This document shows, one piece after another, positions 25,430 through 34,414 of a stretch of 64,000 nucleotides of DNA (position 1 is the stretch's first letter; each line of letters starts with the position of its first letter). The stretch comes from an uncultured bacterium. Lineage in GTDB: Bacteria > Verrucomicrobiota > Verrucomicrobiia > Verrucomicrobiales > V1-33. The position numbers were made by a program, and so were the translations under genes. The notes under the pieces were generated by a model. The model saw nothing but the letters and a program-made list of their open reading frames with translations, ran no database searches and had not been told where the DNA came from. The DNA lies in assembly GCA_903936775.1 (NCBI GenBank), contig CAIZWU010000099.1:3043-67042 (forward strand). Reading direction: 5' to 3'.

Positions 25430-27994
25430 CTACGGGGTGAGCAGGGGGTAATTGGCGGGCAGATATCCGGGAAGTTTGGCGGATTTAATCAAATTGTTGT
25501 AGAGCGAACCCTCATCCTGCGCCGGATGGGGATTGAGTAGCAAGGGCTTGAGATAAGCGATATCCTCCTCCCACCTTGATATACGATTATCCCCGTCAAC
25601 AGGTGGGCGCCCCCAGCGCAACGCTTCACATTCCAGCGTAAGACGGAAGTCTTCTACCAAGGCGTTGAAGCGGGATGTCATCGCACTGAAGGATAGGGGC
25701 CCAGCAAGGTGTGCCTGGAGTCGGCTTCCGAAGCGCATAATGTATTCAGGAGTAAGTTTGGCGGCATCGTGGATCGCTTGATCCGATATCCCTATTTCAG
25801 ATGGCGGTGTCGCATTGATGTAGCTCGCACTGCCATATCCCCAGCCCAAGAGGTCACCGTCCCAGGCGGTGATAAACCACTTTTGTGATCCAGGGTGCCG
25901 CCACGCACGAACGTTATCGGCACTCGGTTCCGCTTGGTCTACCACTTGCAGTGTGGTGATGTAATCAATGTATGCATCAAGATCCACGACACCTTCCAGT
26001 TCCGCAAATTTTCCAGGCCGGGCAGATGGTGTTGCTGAGTAAACTTGTGCGGCTTTGACTGCTGCTGTGTTATACCACCAAACCGCTTCCACTGCGGATG
26101 TCTCGTAGGCCGAAACACCACTGGGTTGACCGGTGTAGATCAGGGAAGGTTTATACATGTCCTTTTCTGTGTTGGTCGCGTTGGCGGGGAGAGCGGCGAG
26201 GAGGTGGGCGGAAATAGTGTCCTCGTCGAAATGTTCCTCCATGTCATACACCCCCCAATAATAACCGTTGATGAAAACGTGGACCCATCTGCGCTGCACG
26301 GTGCTGAAGGGAAGGTTGGCACTGAGGGCTCGTTGGGTTTCCTTCATCCAGGCATCGTTGATGTAGGTCTTGGGGGAGGGGCCGTGGGAGTTCACGAATG
26401 ACGCCTGGGAGGGATTGCGCAGCAACAGGCGGGGGAAGGAGGTGACTTTGGAACCAGGAAAGAGGGCCGAGGTGCCGCTCTGCGCACCAGTGTCCAGCAC
26501 CGGCCCCTGCCAGGAGGATTTTCCGGTGAGAGTGGTGCTGCCTTTGAAGAGGACATCAAAGCTTTTCTTGACCATGAGGCTGCTGGCATTGCCGCCGGTT
26601 TTCTGGATGAAAACGTTTTCCTGCCGGTAGTCGCCGGGTCGGGCGGGGTTCGTCCACTCGAAGGCACCGGGCGTTTCCGGGTCGGACGATCCTCCCGGAG
26701 AGTTATAGGTCACGCCTTCAGGGCTGAAGGTGAGGAAGACAGCCGGGCGGGCTTCCAATTGATCCAGGATCGTTTTAGTCGAAGGATAACCGGCACGCGG
26801 AGGCGGCGCAGTGTGCCCCCAGGCGGCAGCGATGGCGGGATCGAAGCGGTCCATGCCATTCGGGATTTCCAAGGGCAGGCTGGGTGGAGCGAGCTGCGTG
26901 AGGACGCCTTCGCTCGAGATGTAGGTCCGGGTGATGATGGGAGAAGGAACGGCGTTGGCAGCAAAGGCGCGGACACGGAGCACGGTGGTATCGTGAATTT
27001 CCAATGGGCCTTCGTAGATGCCGTCATCCGCACCGGGTTCCGTGCCGTCGAGGGTGTAAGTGATGACCGCATCCGGCTCGGGATGACTCAGCACGAGGCG
27101 GGGCAAGTCCGCCGCCCGGCGGAAGAGGCGGCTGCGGGCGGGGCTGCCAGAGCCTCCGGCAGCAGGCACTTCCGTCACTACGGGAGCAGAGAGGATGCGG
27201 GTAAGACTCCAGCCCTGGTTGACCTGGTTCACGCTGGAGGCAGGCAGAAAGACGGTCTGCCAGGTGTGGTCGGCACGGGGCACTTTTCCGACGTTGTAAC
27301 CGGTGAGGGCGGCAGTGCCGATCTGTGGGGGAGTGAGGGTATCCACCAAAGCAAGCGCATCGGTGGTCACAGTCGGAGTGTTGTCCTGACTGAGATAGAC
27401 GGATTCTCCCTCGTCTTTGAGCCGCCACGGGATCCAGCATTTCCGGACCATGGATGCGGGATCGCCCTCGGTCTCGAACAAAGGATGTGGGCTGTCACTG
27501 AGCAGCAGGATGAGAGTGTCGTAGGCCGGGATGGAAACATTGGGCAATCTGGAGCGGCCCAAATTGGTGTTTTTGTCCGTCAGGAAGTAGTTGCCGGTGG
27601 AGATGGCCTGGCCCGTGGGATTGAGGATCTCCACCCAATCCGGGGGGCGATTCAGGTAGGCTGGCCGGGGAAGGCTGCCGACCTCGGCGGGGGGGAACTC
27701 ATGGGGCTGATGGGCATCGACAGCGGTAAGGCTGGCATAGCAGACCTCACTGATCATCAGATTCGAGGAGTAGCCTTCCAGTTCATCCGGAAAGTGATTT
27801 CCGTTGGCATCATGCAGGGCGGCTAAGGATTTGAGGCGGTAGAAGCTCCGGTCATTCAATGGGGGCGGCGGGGCGGGTGGACCAGCAGGACCGAGTTCAG
27901 GCCAGCAATCGGCCCTGATGGCCAGGCCGAAAGCGATCAGACCTTGCCGGATGACGGCGTCGTCTCCAGTGAGGGCCGGCAGGCTGGTCGGCAT
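25430..27994 (-). CDS. CotH kinase family protein with lamin-tail domain and chitobiase/hexosaminidase-C-like (Fn3_assoc) domain
   Basis: LTD block PPDWVEILNPTGQAISTGNYFLTD. Fn3_assoc-like ITYTLDGTEPGADDGIYEGPLEIHDTTVLRVRAF. CotH core RRWVHVFINGYYWGVYDMEEHFDED and WFITAWDGDL. Confidence 0.85.
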   Translation of the reverse strand: MPTSLPALTGDDAVIRQGLIAFGLAIRADCWPELGPAGPPAPPPPLNDRSFYRLKSLAALHDANGNHFPDELEGYSSNLMISEVCYASLTAVDAHQPHEFPPAEVGSLPRPAYLNRPPDWVEILNPTGQAISTGNYFLTDKNTNLGRSRLPNVSIPAYDTLILLLSDSPHPLFETEGDPASMVRKCWIPWRLKDEGESVYLSQDNTPTVTTDALALVDTLTPPQIGTAALTGYNVGKVPRADHTWQTVFLPASSVNQVNQGWSLTRILSAPVVTEVPAAGGSGSPARSRLFRRAADLPRLVLSHPEPDAVITYTLDGTEPGADDGIYEGPLEIHDTTVLRVRAFAANAVPSPIITRTYISSEGVLTQLAPPSLPLEIPNGMDRFDPAIAAAWGHTAPPPRAGYPSTKTILDQLEARPAVFLTFSPEGVTYNSPGGSSDPETPGAFEWTNPARPGDYRQENVFIQKTGGNASSLMVKKSFDVLFKGSTTLTGKSSWQGPVLDTGAQSGTSALFPGSKVTSFPRLLLRNPSQASFVNSHGPSPKTYINDAWMKETQRALSANLPFSTVQRRWVHVFINGYYWGVYDMEEHFDEDTISAHLLAALPANATNTEKDMYKPSLIYTGQPSGVSAYETSAVEAVWWYNTAAVKAAQVYSATPSARPGKFAELEGVVDLDAYIDYITTLQVVDQAEPSADNVRAWRHPGSQKWFITAWDGDLLGWGYGSASYINATPPSEIGISDQAIHDAAKLTPEYIMRFGSRLQAHLAGPLSFSAMTSRFNALVEDFRLTLECEALRWGRPPVDGDNRISRWEEDIAYLKPLLLNPHPAQDEGSLYNNLIKSAKLPGYLPANYPLLTP

Positions 27995-28024
27995 AGGGCT
28001 GGAAGCCGGGCGCTGAGAAACGCT

Positions 28025-28624
28025 TTAACTGATGATGATCGGCGGCAACGCAGCGCTGGCGTTCTGATGCCGGATACCGACTCCGAAGATGGGACGGTTC
28101 TGATTCTCAGCTTCCGGGTCCGGATTCAGCAGGTTCAACTCCGGCACGCCACCAACCACATTAAAGACCGTTTCGGCCACGGTAGCGGACCCAAGGGAAG
28201 GCCAGCGCGCATAAACCGTCCCGTTGGCTGCCAGTTGTAGAATGGTGTGGGCATGCAGATAGCGTGGACGGGTCCAGCCCGGAGTGGGTGAACTGGCGGG
28301 CAAGGGCGGCGGATAAGCCGGAAGATCGCGCAACCTCAGGGTAATGGGATCGACGATAGGTCCGTTGGGACCCGTACTTGTCGACACCGCGAATGCGCTG
28401 ATCCTCGTCCCGGGCTCCTGGTAGTAGGAAAACCATGAACCGTTGGCACCAGTGGTCATGGCGAGACTGCGTTCGACGACCCAAGGCGCATAAGCAGTGC
28501 GCTCCACCGTGGCCTTGAGGTAGGGAGGGTTGACGAGATTGGGATCGTCCACCTGCGAAAGAGTGAGACTCCCTTGAGTGGCCTGGGACCAAAGCGGCAG
28601 GGGAACTGACATCGTGGTCAGCAC
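28025..28624 (-). CDS. Hypothetical protein (first gene of the CotH/PEP-CTERM cluster; start uncertain)
   Basis: 199-aa ORF with a GTG start. The frame stays open upstream (..KYLSHLLLCVLTT) with no alternative start codon, so the N-terminus is unresolved. No family recognised. Confidence 0.5.
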   Translation of the reverse strand: MLTTMSVPLPLWSQATQGSLTLSQVDDPNLVNPPYLKATVERTAYAPWVVERSLAMTTGANGSWFSYYQEPGTRISAFAVSTSTGPNGPIVDPITLRLRDLPAYPPPLPASSPTPGWTRPRYLHAHTILQLAANGTVYARWPSLGSATVAETVFNVVGGVPELNLLNPDPEAENQNRPIFGVGIRHQNASAALPPIIIS

Positions 28625-28685
28625 GCAAAGGAGAAGATGGCTCAGGTATTTGGAAAAACGATTCGGGGCAAAGCTGGGAGAGGCA

Positions 28686-28708
28686 CGCGGACCCTTACAG
28701 GTCCCGCG
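28686..28708. promoter_or_regulatory. Imperfect palindrome in the divergent promoter region (candidate operator)
   Basis: CGCGGACC-cttaca-GGTCCCGCG (one bulged base), between the 199-aa gene (-) and the XRE gene (+). Confidence 0.25.
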
Positions 28709-28774
28709 GATATAGCAACTTCAAGCTGAGGGGAAATTCCTGATACGCAACAATCCGCAGGGCAGGTTGCCAAG

Positions 28775-28984
28775 GTGCGCAAGTCGATGGAGCAGCAACT
28801 GGCCGATTTTCTCCGCAAAAAGCGGGGGGAGGAAACCTATGCTGCCTTTGGGCGGCGGACCGGCTTGCCTCCTTCTACCCTGTTCCGTCTGGAACAGGGG
28901 CAGCAAAGTTTGACCTTGGGCAGACTGGAACAGATCACAAAGCGGCTGAAGGTGAAGCTGGCAGATATTTTTCCCGGCTTTTAG
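28775..28984 (+). CDS. XRE-family helix-turn-helix transcriptional regulator
   Basis: 69 aa. HTH_3-type pattern YAAFGRRTGLPPSTLFRLEQGQQSLTLGRLEQITKRL. GTG at 28775; an alternative ATG is at 28787. Confidence 0.8.
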   Translation: MRKSMEQQLADFLRKKRGEETYAAFGRRTGLPPSTLFRLEQGQQSLTLGRLEQITKRLKVKLADIFPGF

Positions 28985-29013
28985 CCCCCACCGTCTGACC
29001 CCAAAAAGCAGAA

Positions 29014-29043
29014 TCCGCCGGCAGACCGAAGTCTGCCGGCGGA
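29014..29043. terminator. Intrinsic terminator hairpin between convergent genes
   Basis: Perfect 13-bp stem TCCGCCGGCAGAC / GTCTGCCGGCGGA with loop CGAA. A-tract upstream on the + strand, which reads as a U-tract (TTCTGCTTTTT) after the hairpin on the - strand. Confidence 0.65.
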
Positions 29044-29052
29044 CCTGTAACC

Positions 29053-29070
29053 AAGGGAACCGCTTCCCTT
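29053..29070. terminator. Second small hairpin directly after the outer-membrane-protein stop
   Basis: AAGGGAA-ccgc-TTCCCTT (7-bp stem), 12 nt from the stop at 29082. Confidence 0.35.
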
Positions 29071-29081
29071 AAACTGTTTTA

Positions 29082-29975
29082 TCAGAACCGCCAGATAAGG
29101 TCGGCGGTGATGCGGTCGTTGAACAGGCCTTCCGGCGAGGTCACGGCCTTTTCATAAGCGATGCCCAAGCTCAGGGACGGGCTCAACTGGCTGCGGAAAC
29201 CGGCGCCCAGCACGATCTGGGTTTCGCCACCGGCCTCGGAACTACCGAAGTTGATCAAGTCATACCCTTCCGTGGTGAAGGCAGGGCCACTGCCTTCATT
29301 CAGCACCGTGATGCCACTGGCGCTGACAAATGGCTGGAACCAGCTGCAGAGGCGGTAATCGGCCATGAGATCGTAATGCAGGATCAGGCTTTCCTCATCC
29401 GTATCAAAGGGCACCCGCAGACCCGTGTTGCCGGTCAGGTGGAATTTTCCAAAACCCTTGGCGGACGAGACAAACAGGTTCAGTTCGCCATCGCCATTGC
29501 CCTGGAAGACCTCCGTGTTGCCCAAGGGGATCTCGAAGGTGAAGCCCGGGGTCAGGATAAACTCGTTGGCGCGGTCGTCGATCAGCGCATACTTCAAGCC
29601 AAGGGCGACATCCGCCCAGCCGCCCAGTTCCGCGCCATTGTCCAAATTGATATCGATGTACCCGTCCTTGGTGGCGATCACCGCGAGGCGGTCGGTCACA
29701 GCATAACGGATCTGCAGGGCGTAGAGGTCCACCTCGCCGGCGCCAGTGGCAAAACCACCATCAATCCGGTGATGCATGTAAAGCGGGCGGACTTCGCTCC
29801 GGATGGCGGGATCTTCGAAAAAGACGGGGTTGGTGACCGGGGAGATGGTGGTGGCAAGCCAGTCGCCGGTGGGAACTTCAGGTGCCACCGGCGCGGGGGC
29901 CTTGGCAGTGACGCCGGCGCGGGCGGCAACCAGAGTGGTGGCAAGGATGAGACTGGTCAATGATTTGGCATTCAT
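29082..29975 (-). CDS. Outer-membrane beta-barrel protein (MetA-pathway/'transporter' OMP-like family)
   Basis: Start moved to ATG 29975 for the signal peptide MNAKSLTSLILATTLVAARA. Alternating amphipathic beta-strands throughout. C-terminal aromatic residue (..DLIWRF) typical of OMPs. Confidence 0.7.
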   Translation of the reverse strand: MNAKSLTSLILATTLVAARAGVTAKAPAPVAPEVPTGDWLATTISPVTNPVFFEDPAIRSEVRPLYMHHRIDGGFATGAGEVDLYALQIRYAVTDRLAVIATKDGYIDINLDNGAELGGWADVALGLKYALIDDRANEFILTPGFTFEIPLGNTEVFQGNGDGELNLFVSSAKGFGKFHLTGNTGLRVPFDTDEESLILHYDLMADYRLCSWFQPFVSASGITVLNEGSGPAFTTEGYDLINFGSSEAGGETQIVLGAGFRSQLSPSLSLGIAYEKAVTSPEGLFNDRITADLIWRF

Positions 29976-30109
29976 AGGATAGGGCAAACAAAAGCTTTCC
30001 TCCGCCGCTGTCCGCGCATCACTTGCCTTAAACTGAGCATTTCATGCTGCCGGTTTCCCGGGTAGTTTTTACTGGCCATTCCCGCCGTCCCCCTTCATGC
30101 TGCCCCACC

Positions 30110-30889
30110 ATGAACCGCCGCACCGCCCTCCTGTTGTCTGTCCTCACCACTTTTTCCGCCTTCGCGGCGGCCCCGGTGCGGGCAGTTGATACCAAGTGTT
30201 ATGAACTGCGCACCTACACCGCGGCGCCGGGCAAACTGGACGCCCTGCTGCAGCGCTTCCGCAATCACACCGTGGCGCTTTTTGCCAAACACGGCATGAC
30301 CAACGTGGGCTACTGGGTCCCGGTGGACAATAGCGACCGGAAGCTGATCTATCTGCTTTCCTTCCCGGACCGCACCGCACGCGATGCCTCCTTCAAGGCC
30401 TTTGGGGCCGACCCCGAATGGAAGGCCGCCCAAAAGGCCTCCGAAGCCGATGGCAAGCTGGTGGACAAGCTCGAAAGCCGGTTTCTCACCGCTACTGATT
30501 TTTCCAAATTCGATGTGGTGGAGGGCAACTCGGCCAGCCGCATCTTTGAACTGCGCACCTACACCTGCGGGCCCAACAACCTGCCCCGCCTGCTCAGCCG
30601 CTTCCGCGACCACACGGTCGGCCTGTTTTCCCAGCACGGGATAAAACACTTCGGCTACTGGACACCATCGGTGGGGCAGCCGGGAGCGGAGGACACCCTC
30701 GTTTATCTGCTGGTGCACGATTCCACCGAGGCCATGAATGCCTCGTTTGACGCCTTCCGGAAAGACCCGGCGTGGATCGCGGCCAAGGAGGCCTCGGAAA
30801 AAGCGGCGGGAGGCTCGCTGACGGCGGAGAACGGTGTGAAATCCGTACCCTTGATTCCCACCGATTTTTTCCAGATCAAGAACCCCTGA
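30110..30889 (+). CDS. Tandem NIPSNAP-domain protein with N-terminal signal peptide
   Basis: Start moved to ATG 30110 (MNRRTALLLSVLTTFSAFAAAPVRA). Two NIPSNAP units: YELRTYTAAPGKLDALLQRFRNHTVALFAKHGM and FELRTYTCGPNNLPRLLSRFRDHTVGLFSQHGI. Confidence 0.85.
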   Translation: MNRRTALLLSVLTTFSAFAAAPVRAVDTKCYELRTYTAAPGKLDALLQRFRNHTVALFAKHGMTNVGYWVPVDNSDRKLIYLLSFPDRTARDASFKAFGADPEWKAAQKASEADGKLVDKLESRFLTATDFSKFDVVEGNSASRIFELRTYTCGPNNLPRLLSRFRDHTVGLFSQHGIKHFGYWTPSVGQPGAEDTLVYLLVHDSTEAMNASFDAFRKDPAWIAAKEASEKAAGGSLTAENGVKSVPLIPTDFFQIKNP

Positions 30890-30935
30890 GCCTCGGGGGC
30901 AGCAGGCCCATCCCCTGCCGCGGAGCCGTGAACCC

Positions 30936-31172
30936 CTACGACAAATCCCCCGGAATCACGGAGCGGCGCTCCCGGTTTCCGAGGATCCGCGCCTGACGCA
31001 CCACCGCTTCCTCTCCTTCCTCAAACCGGTAGCTGGCGCAGTTCGGGCAGGTATGCGTTTTGATCAGGACGATAGAATCACAGCCTTGGCAAATTTTGTA
31101 GTTGGCCGGGTTTTTAACAATTTTATCGGCCTGACGGGCGCGGTCGTGGGGTTGATCAGCAAGGATTGGCAT
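30936..31172 (-). CDS. Small zinc-ribbon protein (hypothetical)
   Basis: 78 aa with CQGC-x13-CPNC spacing (CQGCDSIVLIKTHTCPNC). Confidence 0.5.
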   Translation of the reverse strand: MPILADQPHDRARQADKIVKNPANYKICQGCDSIVLIKTHTCPNCASYRFEEGEEAVVRQARILGNRERRSVIPGDLS

Positions 31173-31214
31173 CTGGGTGACAATCTCGACTCAAAGGCCT
31201 GGATTTCAACCCCT

Positions 31215-31730
31215 TTAAGAAATCACCGGGGCAATTTTCGGCGTACGCCGGACGGCAGCGAACAACATCCCCGTCCCCCCGGCCGCAAACAGCAGCGGAA
31301 ACCACAGGGTGTAAAAAGCCGCCTTGGTCGCGTGTTCCAAGACAGCTTCGGAGGGATTTCCCGGGTTCACCAAACACTCCGTTTCCCGGCCCACCGGATA
31401 CTTCGCTGCTGCGGCGAGAGCTTTCGCCTGGTGGGGCGTGGGACCTTCAATCCTCCGTAGTTTGGTGCCGTGGTAGACGGTCCCGGCAAAGGTGTAGCGG
31501 TATTCCAGTTCCGGCTGCCACCGGATCGGGTCATTGGGGCTGTATTGCCCTTCCTTCACCCCGGACACCAGCATTGTACAAGGCACAGGGGTCCAATGAC
31601 GGGTGATGAGCGACTTTTGCCCTGCCCCATAAAGCCACCAAGTGAAGGCCAGTCCGAGGATCAGCAAAAACAGGCCCACTCCGCCCAGAAAAAAGCGGGC
31701 CGGAGTTGTGGATTGGGAAGCCTTGGACAT
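31215..31730 (-). CDS. DUF3592-like membrane protein
   Basis: N-terminal TM helix, beta-rich middle (WTPVPCTMLVSG ... LEYRYTFAGTVYHGTKL) and a C-terminal TM pair, as in DUF3592. Confidence 0.65.
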   Translation of the reverse strand: MSKASQSTTPARFFLGGVGLFLLILGLAFTWWLYGAGQKSLITRHWTPVPCTMLVSGVKEGQYSPNDPIRWQPELEYRYTFAGTVYHGTKLRRIEGPTPHQAKALAAAAKYPVGRETECLVNPGNPSEAVLEHATKAAFYTLWFPLLFAAGGTGMLFAAVRRTPKIAPVIS

Positions 31731-31801
31731 TTAAGGAGGAGTTGCGCACACCAGTTACGTCCCCGCAACGGCAGCCCCGCTACAAAATTGGTTCCTCCTT
31801 G

Positions 31802-32446
31802 ATGCCGCCACGCCGGTTTCCCCGCCCTTTCCCACTCTGCATCCCCCAGTTGTCACGGGGAATCCCCAGCGCATGGTTCTGGGTGAGCAAATCCAGACGC
31901 CGCCATCCTGCCTCCGCGGCAGCCAAACCCGCAGCCGGAATCCCCCTCCCTGCAGTGGCCATCAAGGACCATGCCCAGGCTCCTGATGAGGCCGCCCCCG
32001 CCGCAACCCAGGGCATCATTCCGGCGGGCCCTCCCTTGGTGCTGATTGCCCATGCTGACGCCGCCCTCCTCCGTCTCGCCAGCGAATCCCTTGAAGCCTT
32101 CCTGCATTGCAAGGTCCGCACCACCAGTTCCGCGCTCACCGCCTTCGACCGCACCCTGCAGGAACCTTACCGCCTGCTCCTCATCGACCTTCACCTCCCG
32201 GACCTCCACGGCGAACTGCTCTATGATTTGATCTCCCGGGCCTACCCTAGAGTTCACCCCGGACGGCTCACCGCCCCGCCCGTCTTTTGGCTGGGCACTC
32301 CCGCCGATCAGCCCCGGCAGGATCAACTCACCCGGGAAGCCCGCACCAAAGCCCTGCTCCTCACCCCGCTGAACATCCAGCGTCTTCTCACGGCGGCGGG
32401 GCCCATCCTCGATGAAAAGCCCCCCGGCGGTTCCCGTGCTTCGTAA
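31802..32446 (+). CDS. Single-domain response-regulator receiver-like protein (atypical, possible pseudo-receiver); start uncertain
   Basis: CheY-like layout: LVLIAHADAALL ... YRLLLIDLHLPDLHGELLYDLI ... VFWLGTP ... ALLLTPLNIQRLL. ATG 31802 was chosen to avoid overlapping the divergent gene. The track ORF starts at 31706. Confidence 0.5.
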   Translation: MPPRRFPRPFPLCIPQLSRGIPSAWFWVSKSRRRHPASAAAKPAAGIPLPAVAIKDHAQAPDEAAPAATQGIIPAGPPLVLIAHADAALLRLASESLEAFLHCKVRTTSSALTAFDRTLQEPYRLLLIDLHLPDLHGELLYDLISRAYPRVHPGRLTAPPVFWLGTPADQPRQDQLTREARTKALLLTPLNIQRLLTAAGPILDEKPPGGSRAS

Positions 32447-32462
32447 CTCCCCCGTTTTCCCC

Positions 32463-33134
32463 ATGTTTCCCGCTTCCTCTCCCGGCCACGTCCTCACAAA
32501 AATCTGCGGCCTCACTTCCCTCGCCGATGCCCTGCATTGTGCGGCAGCCGGAGCCGATGCCATCGGCATCAATTTCTATCCAAAATCGAAACGGTTTCAC
32601 CCCCTGGAGCAGGCCGCCCTCTGGCTGCAGCAGCTGCCTCCCCGCCTCGTCCGGGTCGCCGTCCTCGTCAATGCCCCGGACGCGGAGCTCCACCGGATCG
32701 CCACCAGCGGCCTCATTGATGTCCTGCAATTCCACGGCGACGAATCCCCGGAAACCATCGCCGCCGCCCGCCGTTTCGGCCTTCCCGTCATCAAGGCCCT
32801 TCCCCTGCTCCCAGCCACCACCGCGGCCGGTCTGCGGGATTGGCCGGCCGATGCCCTCCTGCTCGATGCCCATGCCCCTGGGGTCTATGGCGGCACTGGC
32901 CATACCATCGACTGGACCCACGCTGCGGCCATCGTCAAGGCGCTGGCTCCGCTCCCCGTCATTCTCAGTGGAGGGCTCACCCCGGACAATATCACCGCCG
33001 CCGTGCAGCAAACCCACCCGTCCGCCGTCGATACCGCCAGCGGGGTGGAACTCGCGCCGGGACAAAAAGATCCTTCCAAAGTCGACGCTTTCATCAAGGG
33101 AACCAACCCCGGTCCCCCCTTGACCGCGTCCTGA
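32463..33134 (+). CDS. trpF: Phosphoribosylanthranilate isomerase
   Basis: Start moved to ATG 32463. TrpF pattern KICGLTSLADALHCAAAGADAIGINFYPKSKR ... GGTGHTIDW ... ILSGGLTPDNI ... VDTASGVE. Confidence 0.88.
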   Translation: MFPASSPGHVLTKICGLTSLADALHCAAAGADAIGINFYPKSKRFHPLEQAALWLQQLPPRLVRVAVLVNAPDAELHRIATSGLIDVLQFHGDESPETIAAARRFGLPVIKALPLLPATTAAGLRDWPADALLLDAHAPGVYGGTGHTIDWTHAAAIVKALAPLPVILSGGLTPDNITAAVQQTHPSAVDTASGVELAPGQKDPSKVDAFIKGTNPGPPLTAS

Positions 33135-33204
33135 AATACCCCGTGTCTTGACGTCGATACGTGTCAACCCGGCACCCTGCCCCACCTGCCTTTCCGCCTA
33201 ACTC

Positions 33205-34302
33205 ATGACCACCGCCGAACTCTCCAAGCTCCTCCCGATCCTCCTGCCCACAGCCGCCTGCTTTGCCCTGATCGGCTGGTGGCTGCGTGGTAAAAAGAAA
33301 ATCCCCGTCGCCGCCGTGAGCACGGCCGCCAAAGTCGCCACCCCTTCCAATAGCGAACGCCAGCGCCTCCGCGATGTGGAAGGGAAACTCCGCACCACAG
33401 AATCCACCCTGTCCGCGGCCCAGTCCGAACTCAGCGCCCTCCGCACCACCAGTGTGCCACAGGCCACTCATGCCGCCCTCGCCGCAGAACTCGAAACCGC
33501 CCGCACCAACGCCAGCGCCCTCGAAGTCCAGCTCAAGAAATCCCGCGACGTTCAGACGACCCTCCAGGCCCAGGCCAACGACGCCGGCAAAAAAATCCAA
33601 GCCCGCGCCATTGGCCTCGAGAACGAACTCTCCGCCGCCCGCACCGAGATCCTGCGCCTGAAAGCCCTTGCCGACCCAAACACAGATGGACTCAAACGCG
33701 CCGACGCCGAAATCGAAACCATCCGCACCCGCCTGCGCGCTGTGGAAGCCCAACTGGCGGAACGCAATGCCGAGGTCAACGCCCAGAAGGCCCGCTCCCT
33801 TTCCACCACCTCCCGTGCTCCCCGTACCATCGCGGCCAGTGCCGCGGTCGCCGGGGCTCCTTTGAATCTCCTCGGCTTCGACACCGCCAGCCAGGTCCTC
33901 TCCGCGGCCTCCGAACCGACCATGGAGAATCCGGTCGCCGCCCGGCTGCCTGACGAAACCACGGTCATCCCTGACAACGCCATCGCCACCGCCGGTTCCA
34001 TCTTCGGCAAGCGCATCGAACCCGACGACCTCACTCTGATCGAAGGCATCGGCCCCGCCATCCGCAACCTCCTCGCCGGGGCCGGCTTCGCCACTTGGGA
34101 ATCCCTTGCCAACGCCGAACCGGAGCAGCTCCACGCCATCCTCGTCGAAGCCGGCCCGGCCTTCGCCGCCCACAGCCCCGCCTCATGGCCGGAGCAGGCG
34201 CGCCTCGCGGCCAACGCCAACTGGTTCCAGCTCAAATCCCTCCAGGACAAACTGGTCGCCGGCCGCGCCCTTGAAAGTGCCCCTGAAAGCACCGACGGCT
34301 AA
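33205..34302 (+). CDS. Membrane-anchored coiled-coil protein with C-terminal helix-hairpin-helix-type module
   Basis: N-terminal TM helix (LLPILLPTAACFALIGWWL). About 170 aa of heptad-like Ala/Glu/Arg/Leu sequence. C-terminal DDLTLIEGIGPAIRNLLAGAGFATWESLA. Confidence 0.6.
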   Translation: MTTAELSKLLPILLPTAACFALIGWWLRGKKKIPVAAVSTAAKVATPSNSERQRLRDVEGKLRTTESTLSAAQSELSALRTTSVPQATHAALAAELETARTNASALEVQLKKSRDVQTTLQAQANDAGKKIQARAIGLENELSAARTEILRLKALADPNTDGLKRADAEIETIRTRLRAVEAQLAERNAEVNAQKARSLSTTSRAPRTIAASAAVAGAPLNLLGFDTASQVLSAASEPTMENPVAARLPDETTVIPDNAIATAGSIFGKRIEPDDLTLIEGIGPAIRNLLAGAGFATWESLANAEPEQLHAILVEAGPAFAAHSPASWPEQARLAANANWFQLKSLQDKLVAGRALESAPESTDG

Positions 34303-34414
34303 AGCGGGATGGGTCCGCCCATCATCGCAGCCTGCTGTCATGACCAGGACACTCCCCGCTCCCCACAAACCGTCCCGTTTGTCTGACTGCTGACGACCGG
34401 CCACTGCCCCTCCC

